Shown: one piece after another, positions 39,827-57,800 of the stretch
How positions within the stretch are numbered: the first letter of the stretch is position 1
How the letters are laid out: each line of letters starts with the position of its first letter
Source of the DNA: Eledone cirrhosa
Taxonomy: Eukaryota
Assembly (NCBI GenBank): GCA_964016885.1
Contig: OZ024742.1
Span: 350,796,001-350,860,000 of the forward strand
DNA: 64,000 bases
Direction of reading: 5' to 3'
Position numbers and translations under genes: made by a program
Notes under the pieces: generated by a model
Databases searched by the model: none
Told to the model about the DNA's origin: nothing
The model's input: only the letters and a program-made list of their open reading frames with translations

Positions 39827-42800
39827 TGAATAATGTAAGCTAGTTTTATCAGAACCTGGTGTGTCTTTGATAATATGGCTGCTGGAAGTCAAGGTTTACC
39901 TTGCTCTAAATGGTTACAATAGTGTTACAACTCACTTTTTCTTTTCCATCTTTAAACACTCACATGCCAATGGTATCTTGGAAATTTAAACTTTTGTAAA
40001 GTTCATCAATCTTATGAGTTTACTGTAGCTTAATGCTTCCAGAGAGAACGTGAAAAGACTATAGAAATTAGAGAATGAGAAATATCAATCTATAACAGTA
40101 CTAGACAGGGACTTTAGCTATGGACAAATAAAAGATGAACGTCGAAAGTAACATGGATGGAATCTCCAAGCAGAAGGCAGAGAAACGAAACATGTCCGTT
40201 AGTACCGTTTAGTACCTAACGCGATAAACTAGCACTAATGTAAGTATTACATATATCTTAGAGACAATAAATTACATGGTATTAACGAATATAACATTTG
40301 TATTTGATTAATTATATATATACATTTATCAACTGTAGTTTACAAATATAAGTTATACAATAATGGAAATATGAAATGTAAAGATAAAAACAAAATTGAG
40401 AAATGAATAGAGGAGGGAAGGTGTAAATGAGGGAGGGGCTGGCTGTAAAGGAAAGTAGAGGAAAGGACTGTAAATGCCATAAGTGAGAAGAAAAGGATTG
40501 AAAAAGCGAAGAATACTAGGCTACGGTTGAAGAACGGGGGGGGGGGACGTAACAGGCGCTATGACTAGGCTCGGCGAGGTTTCGCCTGATACCCGCGGGA
40601 AAATCTGCGATGGTATTTCCGGACACCTGCTGTAACAGCCACCCGACCTCGCGGAGCACCTTCCTCAGGCGGACTACTGGCGACACGAACTAATTCTCTA
40701 AACATGAACATTTGACAGTTAACATCTTACAATGCACTACAGATTAAATGCCTGATAATATCTCAAGTTTGCTGGTGGCAATCAGAAATGTATGATAACG
40801 AACTCTCAATAGGAATAGAGAAGCTTATTATCTGGGTTGAAAAATAGGTCAGTTCTTCTATATTCCTGTCATCGCATACGTTGAAGGAGAAGGGATATTA
40901 GCGCACTGCTTAATTGCTTGGTAAGGTATTGTTGCACAGACACACGCACAGACAGGTACACAGACGTACTTATATACATTCACACACACATAAACACATA
41001 CACACAAGTTCTTTCTCAGATTACATTTCGCAAGAGGCTGTTTATCTCATTAGTTAAGTTACCCTCATTAATCACAAGTTCATAGATGCACGCATTCTTT
41101 TCTTTATCTCTTGATTTGAAGACGCAATCGCTACAATCATCTCACACCCACTCACCCTCTCTACTGTGTTTCAACTGACAAACACTCAAGGCAACACTAG
41201 TATTTCTAGGACACCCTCTCTATTCATGCATTCTACATGTTAATCAACCGTAAAACGATTCATCGCAATATTTAACGATTCTGTTTTGAAGAAGCTACCA
41301 ATGGCATGGGCGTATCAACCTCTGATTAAGTAAATCATATTGCGAAAAGTATGCTTTTTTTATAGGAAGGAATCAATAATGAGTAAAGGAAGCTTTACTG
41401 TTTATATAGCAAAACCGTATTTCATGTAGAGAGGTATATACCACATCATATATAACTATTGGAATGATGACATCAACTAGAAATGAATATGAGAAATATA
41501 CAAGATTTTAGGTAAGTGATCGTCGCTAACATGAAACAAATAGACATAATTTCATGGATTTGGTTTGGCAAATATATCGAGGGGAAGGAGAGTTATTTAT
41601 TTCTTTGAATCTGTTATAGAATATTACGGTACTAATATCAACCACACATATCTGAACAGCTCAGTGAAAACCGGTAGCAATCATTCTCTGAATGTATGTA
41701 TGGATTCGTAACTCCCGAGGAGTCATAGACTAACCATATTGATAGACGGCGTTTCTAGATTCACTTTTAAACTTGGCGGAACTCATCTCTTTTACAGGCA
41801 TTCTCAGAATTTTATACATTAATATGTCTGTATTAATTATCTGAACACATACATGTATAACGCATTTTGACTCTTTTCAAATAGTGCAGTGTTTAATTTG
41901 AACATAATATTTGCTATTTGTACAATCATGTGTTGTTGTATATACCATACATGTTTCAACTTCATTTTAGCTCATCTCTGTAGCATAGTCTCATGGTAGC
42001 TGCCATGTTAGAATTCCTAAACATAGATATATTTCATGTCTTCAAAGAATTGTGGGTCACATGACAAAAAATAATACTAATAAGATTGAGAGGTACCGCT
42101 TAGAGACTAAACAGTAAAGGGTGCGCTCGCATCGTTCCTGTTGTAAAGAATGAAATGTTAACTGACTGTAAAAATACTCAAAGACCGTTAAATATTCTAG
42201 AACAAGAAAGGTAATATGTATTTAGAATGATGAAATAAATACAATAAAAATATTTTGTAACATTTAACTAATACTATTTTATCATCCACATATGTTGATA
42301 TTAAATTCTCCATTTTTAATACGAAGATTATTAGTCTGCGCCAAATTACTGAATGATTTTATTTTCTCGTTTGTTTTCCATAATGACGTATTGGTAAGTC
42401 TTTATTAAATCTAGTTGCTTTTCTAAAAATAATAAAAATAACAAACATTTACATCCTCAAATTGAATATCAATCTTGGAAGCAAGATGAAAATATAAAAA
42501 GAAAGTCTAAAATAAAACGAAATTGGATAATTAGCTCAATATTCTATACAAATCAAATATATATTAAAAAAAAGTAAAAATGAAAAAAAAATATTTAATG
42601 TATATTGAGTATGGAAATATTGATATTGGAAACGACGACATATAGATAAACAATATTATAAAGACAAATATGATGACGTTGGTGATGATTATGAGGTTGG
42701 TGATTATAACGGTGATGATGATGACGATGATGGTTATAACGGTGATGATGACGATGATGATTATGGCTTATTGGGCTTTTCTGATTTCTACATTTATCTG

Positions 42801-43847
42801 ATTAGACAAGTATTTTAGATAAAAATGACAACCACGGAAATTAGATAAACCGGATGAATTTCTACAATTTCATAGCAATTACAAATGATGACAGATTTAG
42901 CGAGTAATTTGTTACGCCTGTTCCCGGCATCAAATATTCTCTATAATTATTTAGCTTAGTTACATTCATTACTATTCAAACACGCACTCATATATAAGTC
43001 TGCATATAGCATATAAACATAATGTAAAATATGTGCACACATGTATATACATGTATATATATGTATATATACATGTATATAGATGTATATATATATATAT
43101 GTGTGTATATTTATGAATAAAAGATTCGCACAAATGTACACAGATTATTAGATGAATAATTTGTATTAAAAAAAGACAACAGTTTTTTTAAAGCATAAAT
43201 GAAGGATAGTCTCAGGGATGCATGCTGTATGAAAACTTAATAGTAAAGTGTATGTTAGAATATATAATTCATTGATTTATGAAGAGGAATATAATTAGAA
43301 TAACGTATAAAAATGATTGACTCCGGTAAAGACAAAACATAAAATATAGAGTGAAGGCACATCATTCTAGACAATCTGGGATGTTGCAGTTACAGATATT
43401 CTGCTTCAGCGAGGAAGGGTAATACTAAGGAGAAAAGAAGACAGCATATATAACGGTGCTGTTAAAAACCAGGCTCTTGTATTCCTAGATTCACAATTTA
43501 CCTTCTAACATATTTTTTGTCTATATGTTACGACCAATGTTTATTATTTCTTCTCGGGTGAGTGTGAACATTTTATAAAATAATAATTCCATTGATAATT
43601 GAGGGAAATATGTTAGGTCCCTCTGCTTTTTAAGTTTTATGCAGATCACCCTAGACCTGTCCCTCGCTAACAGGGGTAATTATCTCGTCACTATTTTTTC
43701 ATTTAAGATAGCAACCGACATATTGCTTATAATTATAAAATATGGAAGTTAGCTTGAAACAAAACTAATTTTATGAAATGCATTAAAACCATCGTATGTC
43801 AGAAGTTGTAAATTATGAGTTTCAATGGTTCGTCTGCTATATATATT

Positions 43848-43893
<46 letters not shown>

Positions 43894-43929
43894 TGTGTGT
43901 GTGTGTATATAAATATATATATATATATA

Positions 43930-48196
<4,267 letters not shown>

Positions 48197-48359
48197 GTGT
48201 GGCCGTCCGGGAAGTATTATAGGCAGCCGTTGTACGTGTGTTGTATTTAAGCGAATAACTATGCGTATACTCTGGGAATGTATCTTACATTGCCTATTGA
48301 GTACGCTGAGATACAACCGGTCCTGGCATTGATAAATATACTGGTTCCGTCAACTCCTC

Positions 48360-48428
<69 letters not shown>

Positions 48429-48642
48429 GCCAATACTAGAATCGAACCATCAAGACCGTTGAGGTATGTCATACATCAATTCATGTATTTTATCCGACGA
48501 GGACGTACTGAAAAACAACACAGTACCTTCGAAATATATATAATAACACATACAAATAAAATACAAAGTTATTAACTCAAATTGATACCCTGCAATTAAC
48601 AAGCTCAAAGTATAAATACTGATCATTATACAATAATATAAA

Positions 48643-48830
48643 GGGCGGTGAATTGGCAGTATCGGTAGAGGGTTGGACGCCATGCTTTCTAGCATAGTTA
48701 CGTCCCTTTGCAGTCTGAGTTCAAATCCCTCCGAGTTTAACTTTGCCTTTCATCCTTACGGGGTCGATAAAATAAAGTACCAGTTATGTACTGGGTAATT
48801 GCTTGGCTTATGCCTAAAGTAGAAACAATT
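48643..48830 (+). mobile_element. Full-length family A SINE with 16-bp TSD
   Basis: attatacaataatata 48625-48640 vs attatataataatata 48828-48843. Confidence 0.93.
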
Positions 48831-48973
48831 ATATAATAATATATGTAGAAATAAACGCAGTAAATTCCGTGTCTAAAATTACGAGGGTAGAGAATGCCAC
48901 AAATGTTTTATAGATTTAACCTGAAACATACAGTATGATATAATTCTATACAGATCGTATCAATAACCATTTC

Positions 48974-49062
48974 ATCTCTCGGACAGATTAGAGATTTACT
49001 CTGTTTCGCTCTAAAAATTGTGTTTGTAACAGATAATCCGTAGGCTTTCCTCAGCGAGAGAT
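48974..49062 (-). ncRNA. Type I hammerhead ribozyme, GUC cleavage triplet
   Basis: atctctcg CTGAGGA aagccta..tagagc GAAAC aga..tct GTC cgagagat; 8-bp stem I, 5-bp stem III, imperfect stem II. Confidence 0.7.
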
Positions 49063-49439
49063 TAGATCAAATGAAACAAAACACTTCTAACAGCAACTCA
49101 AGGAGTAAATAATACACCTCTTGTGTTGCACGCTATACGTGGTATGAGTGGTTATGCTAGAAATAATAGCCTTATTACATTCAACTTATAAGCTCACCTA
49201 GTTAGGGAGCCGAAAAACAATTAAAATACAGAGTTATGAACTCATATTGATACCCTGCAATTAATAAGCTCAAAGTATAAATACTGAGCATTGGTGAAAA
49301 TATTTGTGGACAAGGGTATGATGATGGTGTCAATACAAAGGGACTCGTCTCAGGTATGCAGGTACGACTTGTACAGAATTTAACAACTTTCTTTACACCA
49401 CACATAAGTCACAAATGCAACCTAGTTTTGGAAGATATG

Positions 49440-49620
49440 GCCTGGCAGTATCGGTAGAGGGTCGGACGCCATGCTTTTCAGCATAGTTACGTCCCTTTAC
49501 AATCTGATTTCAAATCCCGCCCAGGTTGACTTGGCATTTCATCCTTACGTGGTCGATACAATAAAGTACCAGTAATGCACTGGGTAATTGCTGGCCTTGT
49601 GCCTAAAGTAGAAACAATTA
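49440..49620 (+). mobile_element. Family A SINE
   Basis: Head, body and tail motifs present. Confidence 0.9.
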
Positions 49621-50052
49621 TATAAAAATATATGTATAATGCTCAGTATTTATACTTTTAGCTTGTTAATTACACGTATAGCGTGCAACCCACGCGGTGT
49701 ATTATTTACTCCTTGAGTTGCTGTTAGATGTGTTTTGTTTCATTTAATCTAAACTCTCGCTGAGGAAAACCTACAGATTATCTGTTACAAACACAATTTT
49801 CAGGGCGAAACAGATTAGATCTCTAATCTTTATAAGAACAACACTTTTATAAGGTATCTATTTTTAAAGTTCTAGTTAAAATTTATTTTGTTACCTACAT
49901 AGCTATGTGTCCTTATACACTTTTACAAATTATTCCCTGTGATTGTTTCATATGTTTATTTTAGATATATATATATATGTCAATCAATTTCTAGTTAATA
50001 TAATAAAACATATATTTTGATTATGTGAATGTCTTCATTTATTAATATTCTG

Positions 50053-50127
<75 letters not shown>

Positions 50128-50129
50128 TC

Positions 50130-51256
50130 CTTAGTCTTAGTCTTAGTTCCTCCAGTCCATTGTGGAACATTGGGCGACAAGGTCCCTCCACTTGATCCTG
50201 TCACTGGCGGTCCTTCTAGCACGTCTCCAGGTAATTCCCATCTCCATCAGGTCCTCCCTGAATGTGCTCCGCCATGTTTTTCGTGGTCTTCCCTGTTCTC
50301 TCCTGCCACATTCTGGTACCCAATCTATGGCAATATGACCAGGTCGATCTGCCGGCAAACGAAGGATGTTGCCCGCGAACCAGTGGAAGCTCTTGTTCAG
50401 AGCGGATCTCCACTCTTCGAAATATCATTGTCTTCAGGAAAGCTGACGACAGTGTTCATCGGGAGTCATTGTGGAAGATTGTAAGACTCTACGGTGTCCC
50501 AGAGAAATATATTAACATCTTCAGATTGCTGTACCGACATTCCAGGTGCTGCGTTAGGACAAAGGACGGAAACACGGAAATGTTTGACATCTTGACGGGT
50601 GTTCGACAAGGCTGCATCCTTTCGCCTTTCCTTTTCCTCATTGTCATCGATTTCATCATGAAGAAGACAATGAGTGACCCTCGTTTTGGTTGGGATGCAA
50701 GGAGATTAAGCTACCTGGACTTCGCCGATGATATCGCAGTGATAGGCCATTCCCGAGAAGACCTGCAAGATATGACAAACGTTCTAAATGACAATGCAGA
50801 GAAAGTTGGTCTGCACATCAGTTGTGAAAAAACCAAGACCATGTCGACAGGTGACCCTCCAAATCCTTCCATCATGGTTGGTCAGCGTAACATTGAATGT
50901 GTAAACCACTTCCAATACCTTGGCAGCAACATCTCTGACGATGGGGATGCTGAGGTGGATGTGCGCACAAGGCTGGGAAAGCAGTAGCGTTCTTCCAGCG
51001 ACTCCGTCCGGCATGGTACAGGTGGTCTATCGGCAACGCCGTCAAATTCCGTGTTTACATGTCCATTGTAGTACCAACAGCGATATATCCCTGTGAGACA
51101 TGGAAGAGTACGGAAAGTGTATGTAACAAGCTTGATGTATTCCACAGCCGTTGCATTCGGACCATATTGAAAATTTCATGGAGAACCAAGTTAGCAACGA
51201 GGAAGTGATGAGGAGGTCAGGATTGGAGAGGCTAAGGGACATTGTCCGGAAAAGGA
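50130..51256. mobile_element. RTE-clade LINE with a 5' inversion (3' end on minus 50130-50385; inverted RT segment on plus ~50386-51256)
   Basis: Plus: FRKADDSVHRESLW, GVRQGCILSP, LDFADD, FQYLGS. Minus: WFAGNILR..GRPRKTW..WRDLV*, (CTAAGA)n tail. (TA)n on both sides. Confidence 0.92.
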
Positions 51257-51269
51257 TATATATATATAT

Positions 51270-51331
<62 letters not shown>

Positions 51332-51335
<4 letters not shown>

Positions 51336-52372
51336 AATTTATATCTAGTAACATTTATATACATACAGATGCATATCAATGCTAGCAAATATATAGGTTT
51401 TGTCTTAGTAACATTGTGGTTCAATGCATGGGGTTGCAGAACAATAATATGAGAGACGTAAGATAAGAAAATTATAAAATTATAAAAAAATTATAAAATT
51501 GACTTACTTACTAAAATATCACTTCCAACTAATTAGTTTCTGGAATGGAGTAAATATATTTTCCGAAGAACATATGGAAAAGCATTCCGTCGTCAGGAAA
51601 GTCTATTTTCGTGTAAGTTACCAGGCATAGCGAGGACTCTGGAAACTTATTAAAAAAATAATTCAGTGGAAAGGAAATAGCGAAGCGTGGACTGAAATCC
51701 CAACCATTGAGAAAATCACTGCCTCTACATCTGTGGTAAATTCAAAAAGAATCAATCACGTGACATCGAAGTCAAGTAAGTCAATTTTATAATTTTTTTA
51801 TAATTTTATAATTTTCTTATCTTACGTCTCTCATATTATTGTTCTGCAACCCCATGCATTGAACCACAATGTTACTAAGACAAAACCTATATATTTGCTA
51901 GCATTGATATGCATCTGTATGTATATAAATGTTACTAGATATAAATTCTTTATAATTATCTCCAATTCATTTGTCGAACAATGTTGGCCATGAATGCTGC
52001 TATAGTAGTAGGCAGGCCGCTGTCTTATTAACAACTCGCTTTCCACTGATTGACCTCGATGTCACGTGATTGATTCTTTTTGAATTTGCCACAGACGTAG
52101 AGGCAGTGATTTTCTCAATGACTGGGATTTCAGTCCACGCTTCGCTATTTCCTTTCCACTGAATTATTTTTTTAATAAGTTTCCAGAGTCCTCGCTATGC
52201 CTGGTAACTTACACGAAAATAGACTTTCCTGACGACGGAATGCTTTTCCATATGTTCTTCGGAAAATATATTTACTCCATTCCAGAAAGTAATTAGTTGG
52301 AAGTGATATTTTAGTAAGTCAATTTTATAATTTTTTTATAATTTTATAATTTTCTTATCTTACGTCTCTCAT
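51332..52372. mobile_element. ORF-less hammerhead-bearing repeat in inverted plus partial tandem arrangement
   Basis: 51332-51770 is the reverse complement of 51775-51950 and 52054-52372; agtaagtcaattttataa recurs at 51775 and 52313. Confidence 0.85.
51521..51602 (-). ncRNA. Type I hammerhead ribozyme
   Basis: actttc CTGACGA c ggaatg..cattcc a GAAAC taatta GTT ggaagt; the mirror copy at 52223-52304 (plus) has GAAAG. Confidence 0.7.
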
Positions 52373-52383
52373 ATATATATATA

Positions 52384-52493
<110 letters not shown>

Positions 52494-52499
52494 CATATC

Positions 52500-52638
<139 letters not shown>

Positions 52639-52838
52639 CGAAGGAAATGTGTTAAGGACCCAGGTGGACCATAACGCACCAAAGTACTCAATACTTAGGG
52701 TAGTAGAGTGGGTAATAGGAACGAGTAGGATCCCGACAGCTAATTCTGTCCAGAATTAGCCGTCGAAACGGCTTGAGCTCAGCCGTCGGGGTCCTACTCG
52801 TTCCTATATTTATATATATATATATATATATGCGTGTG

Positions 52839-52870
<32 letters not shown>

Positions 52871-52907
52871 GTTATATATATATATGTGTGTGTGTGTGTA
52901 TATATAT

Positions 52908-53166
52908 AAAAGAACGCCTTCGGTCACGAATGGCCATGGGATTTGACCTAGACGGTTGCTCTCCGAGGTACAAGTCCGCGCAAGATTGTTTGTGGAAGAC
53001 CACCACTCGCCTATACACTTCAGCCTCTCCTTTCCACACCTCATATATAGTCCAACGTCAAAAAAAAAGAATGAACAATACAGCTTGGCACCAGTGATGT
53101 CACAACTCATTTCTATAGCCTAGTAAACTGGAGCAACGTGGGATAAAGTGTCTTGCTCAAGAACAC
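52908..53166 (-). mobile_element. 5'-truncated family B-related SINE
   Basis: ctcatttctatagc..aaactggagcaacg..aaagtgtcttgctcaag shared with the 11470 and 25215 copies; different 3' part. Confidence 0.7.
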
Positions 53167-53556
53167 ATATATATTATTAATTACGTGACAATCCAGGATT
53201 CTCTCTCCAAACTATCTTTACACCATAAATATCATCTATCCAATCTATATAGCACATTGTATTCAACCCATGTATATGATCGTGTTCATTCTAAATGTGC
53301 ACGATTAACCCGTGAATGACTCTAGAACCCAATATTATGTTTTAATATCCCAATAGTGTTCATATTGTATTTGATGCGTTATTTTCAGTGAAATGTGCAC
53401 AAATCAGTGTATTATTTTGTCTCACACGAAACCGAAAAATGGTTTCTCTGAAATACTGCGAAAATATTTGACTTACACACACGCACTGCTGTTGTCAATC
53501 GAGAATTGCACAGACCAGAACATGTGTGGCCCTATATCATTATTGTACTTTACAAT

Positions 53557-53745
53557 GGCGGTGAATTGGCAGTATCGGTAGAGGGTCGGATGCCATGCTT
53601 TCTAGCATAGTTACGTCCCTTTACGGTCTGAGTTCAAATCCCGCCAAGGTTAACTTTGCCTTTCATCCTTACGGGGTCAATAAAATAAAGTACCAGTAAT
53701 GTACCGGTAATAATTGCTAGCCTTGTGCCTAAAGTAGAAACAATT
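53557..53745 (+). mobile_element. Full-length family A SINE with 17-bp TSD
   Basis: attattgtactttacaa 53539-53555 vs attattgtattttacaa 53743-53759. Confidence 0.93.
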
Positions 53746-54808
53746 ATTGTATTTTACAAATCACAGCGGACCACACATACGCACATACAACTATATATAT
53801 ATGTATATATATATACATATAGGTATATACATATATATATATATGTATATATATATGTATATAAAGACGAGGGTAGAGAGTGTATATGTATATATGTATA
53901 TATATATGTATATATATATTAATTCAAATATTAACAAAATAGATATTCTTGTGGAATTAATATTAATAACTCTGGAAATTATTTCCTGTAGAGTGCTTCA
54001 AATCTACTGTAAAACTCATTATTTGATGTACTCACTGAATCTTATTTAACTCTTTACTGTATATATATATATATACTAGCTGAATGACCCGGCGTTGGCC
54101 GGGTTACTGCTGTTTTTATTCAGATTGGGAAACAATAAATATGAAGAATTTTTTTTTCTCATATTCACTTTACATAAAATATGTTAAAGTTGTAATGATA
54201 ATAGAATTTAGAAATGAAAATCTCTTCAACCCGGTTTTACCATCTTATTTTCTCAACCAAAAAACCAACAAAAATCACAAGAAGGGAACACAAAAAAAAA
54301 TATATATTAAGAATAGCAAACAGAAATCGTAATACAATTTTCTGTCGAAAACAAAAAACAGCCAAAAAACAGTTTTTTTTTAAACGGATGATAAAGTACT
54401 GTACAGTTGTTGGAAGAGCCTGATAGAATGAGATGAGCAACAGCCAGAAGCACAGTAGCAGCAGTATTTCGAACTGTCCACCATTTCGGGTCGTAATCTT
54501 CAGTTTCGATATCAGATTTATGAGAGAGGTATATCGTGAATTATTGAGTTTTATCGATTTTTTTTGCGTAATTGGGGATGAATTTTAAATATATAAATTC
54601 TGCATGACCTAATTGAAGCTATTTCGAATATTGATAAGTAATTTTCCATTGAAGGACATGTTTTTTTTTTTAATCGTATAGAAAAGAAACATGCACACAC
54701 ACTCGCTTTTATAGATAATGATATATATATATCTGTATGTGAGTGTGTGTATGTGTTTGTATATATATAAACTCTTTTTGTGTTAAATCATCTCAGTGCT
54801 AATGCACG

Positions 54809-57800
54809 TTACAGGATCTCTTTGTAGACTATGTTGCGGGTCATACCGTTGGATGTGTATGAAAAAAGGGAGTCCTTACTCCCAACTCGCGAGCCCGCAA
54901 CATAAAGTTGACCATGAGCAAAGCAGGGCTCTTTTAGATGAATGCCCGCCACGGACAAAGTTTGACCCTGAGATTTGTTTATTGTTATCGCGAAGCAGGG
55001 CCTTACGGGAAACTGATGTCGCCTAAAACCTATCGGGATGTCCGTGGTCGAAGGTTGGATGCTTAGCCTTGGGATCATGACGGTCTCACCTTTACCACAA
55101 CCAGTTAAAATGGTTGCTTCAATGAGATGGTTCGTCATTGATTTGACTACTTTTCGAGTGCCATTACACTGTTTTTTTTTTGGGGGGGGGGGGCGCATGT
55201 TACGCATAAGCATAATCGGACTGCTGACCTTGAGCTTCAGGATATGGGGTGGGAGACGTGGGGGGTCAAGGCTATTGAAAAACTCTACTGGGTAATCCGT
55301 CGCCTTCTGTAGATCGGTGACGCAGTCTATAGACTTAAACATTTTCTCTTGGGCTGGAATCTTGCCGAGTAGCTCTTCGTTGAGAGCATTAACAGCAGAG
55401 ATTTTTTTTTGGGGGGGGGGGGGGGGCTAGGATGGCTCTTGAACTAAGCCAATCTAAGTTAGTGTAGTTAACCTGTAGGTTTGGAAAAACAGCTTCTAAA
55501 AGGGCCTGTCAACTGTATTAATGACAGATGCCAGCGACACCTCACCCTTTTCGTTGGAAGGAAGTCGGCCTTCCCTTATAGCTAGGATGGCCTGGCCGAA
55601 TTCAGCAGACGTGCTGTCCCCGAGCAACTGCGCCCGCATGTTAACGCTCAGGCGGAGTGTCCGAACGATAGGCCAAAGCGTCGACGACTTCAGGAATGCG
55701 CGGACTTCATCAGCCCTTGTCCCTTTGGAGATAACAGTCAGCGTTTGCCTGAAGTCACCCGAAAGCAGTAAAGTCACGCCACCCAAGGGTGCCGAGGAGT
55801 TCCTGATATCTTTTAAACTCCTATCTAATGCCTCCAGAGCACCCTTATGTGCCATGGTGCATTCGTCCCACACAATGAGGCAACATTTTGCGAGAAGTGC
55901 CGCTCTGTAGGAGTGCTTGCTAATGTTGCACGTCGGCGTATCAGTTCGTGCGAGGTCCAACGGAAGCTTAAAGGCAGCATGAGCCGTCTTCCCTCCAGGC
56001 AGCAAGGTAGCGGCGATCTCCGATGAGGCGACCGCAAGAGCAATCATTTTTTGTTGTCGAAGACGCGCCAAAATGAGGGAGGTAACGAAGGTTTTGCCTG
56101 TACCGCCAGAGGCATCAAGAAAGAAGACACAACCTAATCCACCCAGTGCACTGTCAACGACAGTCTCATAAGCAACCCTTTGCTCGGGAAGAAGCTTACG
56201 TTCATTTTCATCTAGGAAAGTTGTCAACATGGCGACATCGTAAGATGTCTCCAACAGAATATCTGGACCCAGCACACTAACATTTTCCCTGCTGGCGGCT
56301 GGCAAGCCGTATGTTGGCAAGTCATTCCCCCCTAGTTGAAGGAGTTATTCTTGGATTGAAATTAGCCCTTGGTTGTAAATGATTTCGGTGAACCCCACTT
56401 CTAAAGACGGATTTTGCCGTTTGGCTGTGCGGAGGAAGTCCTCGCACAAATCGTCCCTGTACTTCAGCCAAAGGGCTGAAGGGTTAGCTAAGCCACAATT
56501 GTGCAGCAAAAAAGCAAACAGTTCCCTTAATTTCTGTGGGGATTTCAGCAGAGCACCATCAGCGAGGGTCGAGTCCCATTGGGAGTCATCTTCCAAGAGA
56601 CCAAGCCTAAAGCACGCTTCTCGAAAAGTGTTGCAAAGTTCCCCGTTTACTGTTTTTAAGTCAAAGAAACCTTGCGGCCCCTGACTCGTGCAGAAGAATG
56701 CGCAGGTGAAAGCACTCAGGTTGGGTTGGGGAAACCGTGTAGACTCTACCGAGGCAGTCAGAAAATTTATCTCCCGGATGCGATTCAACTGCCTTACCAG
56801 TTTTTCGCCGTACCCAGCTATTGCGGCGCCAAGTGAAGTAGGACGGCACCTGAGGGTAAATTAGAGTTCTCGCAAAAGCGTCTACGTGACAGAGCTTAAA
56901 GAAAGCGGTTAACGTGGTTTCTTTGGGGTTAGCCGCAACTTGAGCAGCATTTGCGGCCGTAAAGTAAACCCGCTGTCCGTTCTCTAAGTGGACCGCCATG
57001 TTTGTGATTTTGATACCTTTCATGGATAGAAAAACCAAAGATTCGCCAAAACGCTTCGTTTGTACTTATGTACCGGGCCGATAGGTACTCACTGACCTCG
57101 TCCCGGTCGGACTGGAGGGCGAATGCGGCGGAATCGCAGCCCTTGTTGACGTACTTGCAAACATATTTAATCGATTTAACTGAGCTACAGAATTCCACAT
57201 TAATGTGGGCTTGGAACGTCGAAGTGAGAAGTGGACAATAGGGGACCACCCATCGATTGTCGACTTGCTTGCCCCTTACAATGGCAATAAAACCACCGTC
57301 TTCAGGCGACCGGCGCCTGTACAGGGGATAGCCGTCGTGCCCTGTCTGGGTCTCTGAAACAAATTTCCTAGGGTACCTCTTACTACAGATCCTGTCTTTC
57401 TGACACGAATGGTTAGAACCCGGATAACAGGGTCCGTATATCATGGAAATCGTGACGACGTCGAAGAGTTCTTTGTCGGTGGCAGGGTTGGGGGATCTCT
57501 GCGCAGATAAATTTGTCGATGTCGTTGGAGTTGATTTTGTTTTGCAGCCACAGTAACAGATGAATGTGAGGCAGGCCCCGTTTCTGCCATTCTACGGTGT
57601 ATGTATGGCATCTAGCAGGGCCGAAGATGTTGGCTTTTGCACAACATGCCTTCATTTTCGGTATGTTCCTCTCGAAAGCCCTCGCTATGAGCTCAAGGCG
57701 GTGGTGGTATGACTGCCCTGGAAGGAGTTCTCGGGTGATCTCATCCGCCTTCGGGTTGCACGTGAAGGTGACGAAGAGGTCAGGACCGCCGTAGGCCCGC

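Noticed and set aside
42672-42765. Asp-rich coding segment
   Set aside because: Degenerate (GAT)n microsatellite with no splice or ORF support
51831-52046. ESELLIRQRPA as a GIY-YIG C-terminal motif
   Set aside because: Antisense to the adjacent hammerhead, short, and lacking the rest of the domain; possibly chance
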